A DNA stretch of 64,000 nucleotides from IMG/VR virus record IMGVR_UViG_3300032092_000008; one strand, given 5' to 3'. Source of the DNA: an uncultured virus (IMG/VR IMGVR_UViG_3300032092_000008). Lineage: Duplodnaviria > Heunggongvirae > Uroviricota > Caudoviricetes. The notes below the pieces were generated by a model. It ran no database searches. It was not told the origin of the DNA and saw only the letters and a program-made list of their open reading frames with translations. The position numbers and the translations under genes are program-made. Shown here piece after piece: positions 58,226 to 64,000 of the stretch (position 1 is its first letter; each line of letters opens with the position of its first letter).

Positions 58226-58254
58226 AAAAAAAGGGAAACCGAAGCTTCCCTTTT
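58226..58254 (-). terminator. Rho-independent terminator after the major capsid gene
   Basis: GGGAAGC-UUCG-GUUUCCC followed by U7. Confidence 0.85.
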
Positions 58255-58276
58255 AATATACAATCTCAGTTAAAGA

Positions 58277-59983
58277 TTATACACGATCTAAACCATGTAC
58301 ATATACTTTACCGTAGAACTCAGGACGTACCATTTTCTTGGCGTAACGAGTCATCACACCTTTTCTTGGAGTGAAGTTAGTTGGATCGTACACCAATGGA
58401 GTCATGATCAATGGAATATATGGAGCATATACAGCACCAGTTTCCAAGAATTGACTTCCACGATATCCCATTAAGATGGTGTTTTCAGTCATATATGGGT
58501 TCTTATAAACTTGGAATCTATTGTTAATAGCACCAACTTTCTGAACACCCATTGCAAACTGCATCTTATCTCCATCAGTATCAGCAGCATATCCTGGGAT
58601 TGATTCCAAAATAGTTGCTACAGTTGGAGAACATACTAAGAAGTTTGCACCACCACGTAAAGTTAAACGGTGAATTTGATTAGATACTTTTTGTATCTTA
58701 GTACCTAAAGTTTGGAACCATGTTCCTTGGTTGTAAGCTTGACCAGCAGCTGCGGCATTTACAAATGTATTTGTTGATCCATCAAACTGATAACCGATAA
58801 TTGCAGACCAACGCTCAGTTGTTTGAGCATTTTGAATTAACATGTCTAAGATTTCCAAATCAATCTCTTGAGAGATGTATTCAGACAACATGCTAGTCAA
58901 TTCTGCTTCAGCATCAATTGAGTGGTAAGCATTTAAGTCTTGAGCAAATTCTGGAGACCAAATAGCTTTCAACTTACGAGTCTTGGCAACAATAGCCTCA
59001 CTACGCATTTCCAAGTTGATTTCTGGGATGTCCAAAGTTGTACCAGCAGCTGGGTCTTCAAAATCACCACGACTGATGTTATCAGCTGGTCCTTTATGAT
59101 AAGCAACTTCAACGCCGCCAGCAGTACATACTACAATTGGAGTAGCAGCTGTTTCAATTAAGAAATACACATATCCAGACTTAACTTCAGTAAACTCAGG
59201 ATAAATAGTAGTAATACCAGAACCAGACACATTAAATGCACGTACACCGTTTTTATCATAGCCAGATAAAGAACTAGTTGAAACTTGCAATACTTGGAAA
59301 TATTTAGGTGTTGATGCAGCTGATGCTGAGAACTCAGAGTTAAAATTAGTAAATAAGTCTAACTGTGCTCCCGTTAAAGCAGCTTTATTTGATGCAAAAG
59401 TGTTTGTAAATGGATTAAATGATCCAGTATTAACGGCTATGTTGGCAGCATTAACATCATTGATGGTATAACCAAAACGACCAGCGCCATACAGACCTTC
59501 GGTTCCAGCTGTACCAGAATTGATATCAGTTCCGCCGTCGCCAGCATCAGTAATACCAAATACAGAATCAGCTTGAGATTTGCGACCTTGAAGTGTCAAG
59601 AAGTCATTACCAGTTGATGTTCCAAATCCGTTTGTACCTTGACCTGTACCGTACTTGAAATCCAAGAAGAATACTAGACCAGATGGCAAGTTCATTGGTT
59701 GTACGCTAACGAAATCTTTTGCGGCAATTTCAGCAAAGATACGACGTACTAATGGAAGAGCTACGCCATTCCATTCTTCAGAACCAGCAGTAGTACCAGT
59801 AGCATTAGCTTCAGTTACCAATTGCTTGGCTTGGTTTTCTAAAAGAACGGCCATGCCGCGTCTTTCTACTTCTCCATTCAAACCTTCCAACAAACCAGTC
59901 TTAGACCACTTCTTTTCCAAAGCGATACTAGCTGCGTTTTGAGTAGTATTTGAATTTTGAGGTAATAATGAGTTTAAATTCAT
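58277..59983 (-). CDS. Major capsid protein (T4 gp23-like)
   Basis: LLENQ, LVRR, VQPM..PSGL.F, A.TRKLKA.W..E.AQDL...H, YAPY.PL, F.P..G..TRY. Confidence 0.97.
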   Translation of the reverse strand: MNLNSLLPQNSNTTQNAASIALEKKWSKTGLLEGLNGEVERRGMAVLLENQAKQLVTEANATGTTAGSEEWNGVALPLVRRIFAEIAAKDFVSVQPMNLPSGLVFFLDFKYGTGQGTNGFGTSTGNDFLTLQGRKSQADSVFGITDAGDGGTDINSGTAGTEGLYGAGRFGYTINDVNAANIAVNTGSFNPFTNTFASNKAALTGAQLDLFTNFNSEFSASAASTPKYFQVLQVSTSSLSGYDKNGVRAFNVSGSGITTIYPEFTEVKSGYVYFLIETAATPIVVCTAGGVEVAYHKGPADNISRGDFEDPAAGTTLDIPEINLEMRSEAIVAKTRKLKAIWSPEFAQDLNAYHSIDAEAELTSMLSEYISQEIDLEILDMLIQNAQTTERWSAIIGYQFDGSTNTFVNAAAAGQAYNQGTWFQTLGTKIQKVSNQIHRLTLRGGANFLVCSPTVATILESIPGYAADTDGDKMQFAMGVQKVGAINNRFQVYKNPYMTENTILMGYRGSQFLETGAVYAPYIPLIMTPLVYDPTNFTPRKGVMTRYAKKMVRPEFYGKVYVHGLDRV

Positions 59984-60004
59984 TTTTTTCCTTTTGTTAA
60001 TTTT

Positions 60005-60883
60005 TTACTTTAAGTTAGCCAATTTCTTCCAACGAGCTGCTAACTGGTTTCCTTCAGAAAGAATTTCTTTCTTTGGAGCAGTACTACGAGTTGGTTTAGA
60101 AGCATAGCTTTCTTTGATTTGTTTTTTTGCTTTTTTTGAAGTCAATGACTCACAAATAGTACTGTAAACTAATTTAACTTCACGCAAATTATTTGCACGG
60201 TCAAAGTTTTCAATTACTTTCATTTTTTGTGATTCATTTAATTCATAGTTTCTAAACAATTTGTTAGAAAATAATAATTTTGCATTTAAGAGATTTACTT
60301 CATTAAGCTTGGTTTGCATGAATTTGATAACACGGTAAGCTTCTTCTAAATCTTTAGATGGTTCTTCTTCCATGTCATCACCTTCAGTTACAGGCTCTTC
60401 TTCCATGTCCTTGTCGCCATCTTCTTCAGTTAAAGAACGGATGATTTCGTTGATGTCAATATCTTCATCCATTTCATCTTTTTCTTCAGCTTCTGTTTTC
60501 ATAGGCTCTTCTTCCATGTCGTCGTCGCCTTCTGTTACAGGCTCTTCTTCCATGTCATCGCCACCTTCCAATTCACGGATAATAGCTTCTAGATCTAATT
60601 CCTCTTCGCCCATGTCATCACCTTCTGGTAAGTTATCAGCTGGAGTACCATCTTCGCCATCATTCATGTAATCTTCTTCGTACATACCATCCATGTCTTC
60701 TTCTTCGTCAACTGGTGCTGGAGCTTCTTCATCATCCATTCCCTCTTCTTCAGCTAAACGAGCAGATAACATGCTTTGAAGTCTTGGTGTAAATGCCTCT
60801 TCTAATGCAATTTTTGCATTTGCCATTGCAGTCTCACGAACAGCTTTAGCATCTGCGATTGCCTCTTTTAAGAGTTTGTTCAT
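60005..60883 (-). CDS. Prohead core scaffold protein (gp22-like)
   Basis: Highly acidic, coiled-coil protein directly upstream of the capsid gene; internal MEEEPVTEGDD repeats. Confidence 0.8.
   Translation of the reverse strand: MNKLLKEAIADAKAVRETAMANAKIALEEAFTPRLQSMLSARLAEEEGMDDEEAPAPVDEEEDMDGMYEEDYMNDGEDGTPADNLPEGDDMGEEELDLEAIIRELEGGDDMEEEPVTEGDDDMEEEPMKTEAEEKDEMDEDIDINEIIRSLTEEDGDKDMEEEPVTEGDDMEEEPSKDLEEAYRVIKFMQTKLNEVNLLNAKLLFSNKLFRNYELNESQKMKVIENFDRANNLREVKLVYSTICESLTSKKAKKQIKESYASKPTRSTAPKKEILSEGNQLAARWKKLANLK
60361..60565. repeat. Repeated ggctcttcttccatgtc units (DMEEEP) inside the scaffold gene
   Basis: Four near-identical copies visible. Confidence 0.8.
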
Positions 60884-61012
60884 AATTGTTCCTCGTATTT
60901 AATTTGGAAATAAGACTATTCGCAGTCTTAATAATGTTTGTATAAAAATATTTGAGTGACCGTATAATAGACTGTTACGGTATCATTAACAATTATATAT
61001 ATAACGCAATGT

Positions 61013-61041
61013 AAAAAAGATGCCGTTTCTGACATCTTTTT
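61013..61041 (-). terminator. Rho-independent terminator after bS21
   Basis: GATGTC-loop-GGCATC followed by U6. Confidence 0.7.
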
Positions 61042-61056
61042 ATAAACTTTGATTTG

Positions 61057-61314
61057 TTAACCGTTTCTTTCTGATTCTCGTTGAGCTAAAAACCTAGCCC
61101 TCTCTCTGGCGATTCGTTTTGTAACTGATGGCGATACATACTCCTGCCTTTCTTTGAGAATTTCCAACTTACCAGAATCCTTAAGTGCTTTTTTCCATTT
61201 ACGCATAGCAAATGAAATGTCCCCACGGTCTCCGACTTTAACAACCTTTACTCCTAGTTCACAACCAGGAATAATACTTTTGAAATGTTTCTGTTTTTTA
61301 CTTATGTAATTCAT
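61057..61314 (-). CDS. rpsU: Phage-encoded 30S ribosomal protein bS21
   Basis: V.V...DI..AMRKWKK....SG.L...K.RQEY..PS..KR pattern; location beside capsid genes is typical of bS21 phages. Confidence 0.85.
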   Translation of the reverse strand: MNYISKKQKHFKSIIPGCELGVKVVKVGDRGDISFAMRKWKKALKDSGKLEILKERQEYVSPSVTKRIARERARFLAQRESERNG

Positions 61315-61329
61315 ATATAACTGTTTTGA

Positions 61330-61361
61330 TAATTATAATAACTATTTTTTTATTTTACAAG
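61330..61361 (-). promoter_or_regulatory. Host-type promoter variant CTTG-N20-TATAATTA upstream of bS21
   Basis: Same 20-nt spacing as the other promoters. Confidence 0.45.
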
Positions 61362-61784
61362 AAAAATACTAGCAATTATTATGGCTTCTGCTATTGCTGC
61401 TATTCTCCAATTCTTTTTTCTAGTTGTCTGTGTATCTAATTTACCTTTGGTAACAGCATGTTCTGCTACTTCTGTTTGATACTTAGTACGTAAACTATCT
61501 GCTTCTGTTTCTAACGCTGTGTATAGTTTATTTAGATCCGTGTAATATTTACGTTCTATGATTAATTGCTTATTGCAATCTTCCCAAGCCGTACGAGTTT
61601 CTGTTAGTTCTACAGTTTGTCCTTCACAGAATTTAATTTTACGTAATAAATCTAATTCCTGCTTATATGTAAAGCAAACCAATGAATCGTTATTATAAAT
61701 TATACGAGTAGGTTTAAAATGTTGTCCAGACACTGTCGCGGCCAGAAGTAGACAACTTGTCAAGGTCATTAATTTCTTGAGCAT
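61350..61784 (-). CDS. Secreted coiled-coil protein with C-terminal transmembrane helix (spanin-like?)
   Basis: Signal-peptide-like N-terminus ending AATVSG-Q, coiled coil, hydrophobic C-terminus. Confidence 0.5.
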   Translation of the reverse strand: MLKKLMTLTSCLLLAATVSGQHFKPTRIIYNNDSLVCFTYKQELDLLRKIKFCEGQTVELTETRTAWEDCNKQLIIERKYYTDLNKLYTALETEADSLRTKYQTEVAEHAVTKGKLDTQTTRKKNWRIAAIAEAIIIASIFLVK

Positions 61785-62028
61785 TTTGTTCTCTTATTTT
61801 TTTAATTTTTATAACTGTTTCGCCTTGTTTGTTATCATAAGCCGTTTGTAGATTTTTTAAATCTGCATTTAGTTTATTAACTTGTTCCCTAAGACGTTCT
61901 ATTTGTTTGGTATCTTCTATAGTAACCGTTACTACCGGTTTATTATATATAGAAAAAAGAGCTATTGATAGTGATATAATTAGTACCGCTATCAATAACT
62001 CTTTCCAATAACTTATTACAAAATTCAT
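61714..62028 (-). CDS. N-terminally anchored coiled-coil membrane protein (i-spanin-like?)
   Basis: LLIAVLIISLSIALFSIY transmembrane segment followed by a coiled coil; overlaps the next gene. Confidence 0.5.
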   Translation of the reverse strand: MNFVISYWKELLIAVLIISLSIALFSIYNKPVVTVTIEDTKQIERLREQVNKLNADLKNLQTAYDNKQGETVIKIKKIREQNAQEINDLDKLSTSGRDSVWTTF

Positions 62029-62029
62029 T

Positions 62030-62440
62030 TTATCTTTCCAATGAGTTGTTTACTGTGTAATACTTATTTAATACAGTACCTATGTCTTCATAGGCAGCTT
62101 CTAAACGTTGTTGCATGCCAGACATTTCACCAGCAGTTTTTTCAAACGTTTTAAATGCCTCTTGTAGTTGTTTCATATGACGACTAACAGTAACATTATC
62201 AAACCAATGTTCAGACTCTTGAATAGTCAATCCTTCAGCCGTATTAACAATATTTCCTAATGTTTCAGAAAGTTCACGTAAATTACTTTCACGGTAAACC
62301 ATTTCTCCTAACTTATGATATTGAGATACTGCTTCTAAAAATGCTTTCTTTTCATCTTTAGACATGGCTGGCTTTTCTTCTTCTCCTAAATATTTTTCAT
62401 TTAGGATATGTTTTAATAATTGTGATTCGTATTTTTTCAT
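62030..62440 (-). CDS. Hypothetical protein, head module
   Basis: 136 aa helical; ILNE motif. Confidence 0.65.
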   Translation of the reverse strand: MKKYESQLLKHILNEKYLGEEEKPAMSKDEKKAFLEAVSQYHKLGEMVYRESNLRELSETLGNIVNTAEGLTIQESEHWFDNVTVSRHMKQLQEAFKTFEKTAGEMSGMQQRLEAAYEDIGTVLNKYYTVNNSLER

Positions 62441-62781
62441 TATAATCCTTGAAGTGTTTTTTCAATTCCTTGTAAATTTTTCATTACAGCTGATGCATAT
62501 CTGTTAATAGTTACACGCGCTTGTTTTGCTTCATAACTCATAGCCATATCATCTTGAAGTTGATTGTCAATTTCTTGTAATACTTGTTCTAAATCCATCG
62601 CAGCTGTTTCTAGACTTTCAATAAAAGTAGTATAATCCATTCCACTTTCCATTGATTCATCTTCGTTAATCTTACGACCAGAATTTCCTATACCTAAAAA
62701 TACACTACCTTCAGTAAGCATCTTATCATTTGACTTAGGCTTACCAGCAAATAGTTTGTTATATTTTTTCTTTAAGTTCAT
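62440..62781 (-). CDS. Hypothetical protein, head module
   Basis: 113 aa; MLTE and KINE motifs; TAATG coupling. Confidence 0.6.
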   Translation of the reverse strand: MNLKKKYNKLFAGKPKSNDKMLTEGSVFLGIGNSGRKINEDESMESGMDYTTFIESLETAAMDLEQVLQEIDNQLQDDMAMSYEAKQARVTINRYASAVMKNLQGIEKTLQGL

Positions 62782-62789
62782 TTAGATCC

Positions 62790-63050
62790 TTATAGTTCAG
62801 GTGGTATATTTGCAAATGGATCTGGAATAAATCCTGCGCCTGGTTGTCCTGGTGTATTATATGGTCCATATATGCTATTATGAGAAGCTTGTTCTAAACT
62901 ATTAAATACAACTGAACTGGCAATTGGATTACCTAGTTGCATGTTTACCAATGGCTCCGCATTTGGACCAGTGGTAAATCCTGTTCCTAATTGGCCAGGG
63001 TTATTCGGACCAAATTGTGATGTATGTGCTAATTCTAATAATGATGGCAT
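62790..63050 (-). CDS. Hypothetical protein with two internal repeats
   Basis: SLLELAHTSQFGPNNPGQLGTGF / SLEQASHNSIYGPYNTPGQPGAGF. Confidence 0.6.
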   Translation of the reverse strand: MPSLLELAHTSQFGPNNPGQLGTGFTTGPNAEPLVNMQLGNPIASSVVFNSLEQASHNSIYGPYNTPGQPGAGFIPDPFANIPPEL

Positions 63051-63051
63051 A

Positions 63052-63657
63052 TTAAAACTCCATTATGATGTCTTGTATAATACGACTAATATTATCGTAT
63101 TTATTGTTTACCGTTCTATTAACGGACTCATTTACTGGTGATAGAAAAGCTCCATGCGTTGATGGATTACTAACAAAGTCAAATGCTATTAATTCAAAAT
63201 CATCTTGTACTTCAAGTGCTGCATTTCCTTCGCGCATTACTTCTTTTACAGATCCCATACCACGAGATGATATACCTAAACGAATTCCAGATTGGAATAA
63301 TGCTTTTAAAATATTACCAGATGGTGTCGGAAGTATTTCTACTTTACCAACCAAGTCATTACCTTGCCATCCCATTGATAATACATTATGAGATACATTG
63401 TTCAAATTGACAACAGATGAATCTGGGTGGTCTAATTCTCCTAACGCTCTACGCTCTGCAATAAATGTTTGACTATAATTTTTTGCTTCACGTTGTAATA
63501 TAGGCATTGGATAAATACGTCCATTTTGATTCTTTGCACCAGCTCTTTGAAGAACACCATTAACAATTAAACGGCCGTTATTTTCGGCTAAGGATTCATT
63601 TATTTGTTGCGGTGATACTTCAAAAATAGTATAATCAACCAAAAGCTGTTTACTCAT
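63052..63657 (-). CDS. Prohead core protease (T4 gp21-like)
   Basis: N.NGRIYP, GELDHP, TPSG, GISSRGMGS, D.V..PS. Confidence 0.95.
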   Translation of the reverse strand: MSKQLLVDYTIFEVSPQQINESLAENNGRLIVNGVLQRAGAKNQNGRIYPMPILQREAKNYSQTFIAERRALGELDHPDSSVVNLNNVSHNVLSMGWQGNDLVGKVEILPTPSGNILKALFQSGIRLGISSRGMGSVKEVMREGNAALEVQDDFELIAFDFVSNPSTHGAFLSPVNESVNRTVNNKYDNISRIIQDIIMEF

Positions 63658-63658
63658 A

Positions 63659-64000
63659 TTATCCTTTACGAGTTAATGTTGTATATGGATACGCAGCACC
63701 ATCAAATTTAACAGCGCCGACATAATAATTAGTATCGTTATAATACTTATCCAATCCATTTGTCGTTACAGAAACAGATGCAGTTGCGGCAACAAAGTTT
63801 GTAGTGATATCAGGTACGCCACCTTCATTAATATGTGTTATTGTCAATGATCCAGAACCAGCTGCAATAGTTGGTGTAAACAATGTACTAGGAGCAATTG
63901 TATTAGTAAATCCAGCGACAACAGCTGTTTCAGACTGATTGGCAATTGCTTCTTTAAATCTACTTACTAAACTACCAGTAATATTTGCTGTTTCTGATCT
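63659..64000 (-). CDS. Hypothetical protein, C-terminal part; start lies beyond the window
   Basis: The frame of the 63659-63883 ORF stays open to the window edge (RSETANITGSLVSRF...). Confidence 0.6.
   Translation of the reverse strand, partial: RSETANITGSLVSRFKEAIANQSETAVVAGFTNTIAPSTLFTPTIAAGSGSLTITHINEGGVPDITTNFVAATASVSVTTNGLDKYYNDTNYYVGAVKFDGAAYPYTTLTRKG

Overview
AT-rich 64 kb segment of a large T4-like (myovirus-type) phage. Every credible gene lies on the minus strand and reads in the standard code (TAA, TGA and TAG all act as stops). In transcription order (right to left) it has four modules. (1) Head: prohead protease, small putative head proteins, a spanin-like pair, ribosomal protein bS21, scaffold, major capsid protein and PhoH. 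(2) About 15 kb of tail-fibre/adhesin genes, then neck, sheath, tube, a probably frameshifted tail chaperone, tape measure and baseplate genes. (3) Replication and nucleotide metabolism: truncated family-A polymerase, ferritin, SSB, RecA, 5'-3' exonuclease, helicase, class II RNR, family-B polymerase, sliding clamp, clamp loader, dUTPase, GroEL/GroES and a Cas4-like nuclease. (4) Glycosyltransferases. A Bacteroidota host is inferred from TTG-N20-TATATTTA promoters and bS21. The most notable system is a 7-deazaguanine DNA-modification locus woven into the replisome genes (queD, queE, folE, hpt, polB; then an unknown gene, a glycosyltransferase, a DpdA/TGT-like transglycosylase and the sliding clamp). 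No queC is present in the window. The transglycosylase ends in the same PIP-like clamp motif as the polymerase, which suggests a clamp-tethered and possibly glycosylated deazaguanine hypermodification. Other highlights: a compact structured RNA candidate overlapping the Shine-Dalgarno of the largest fibre gene, a recurrent ATATTTAT late-promoter-like motif, and a U7 slippery site in the tail chaperone. All calls come from motif recognition by eye; no searches were run.
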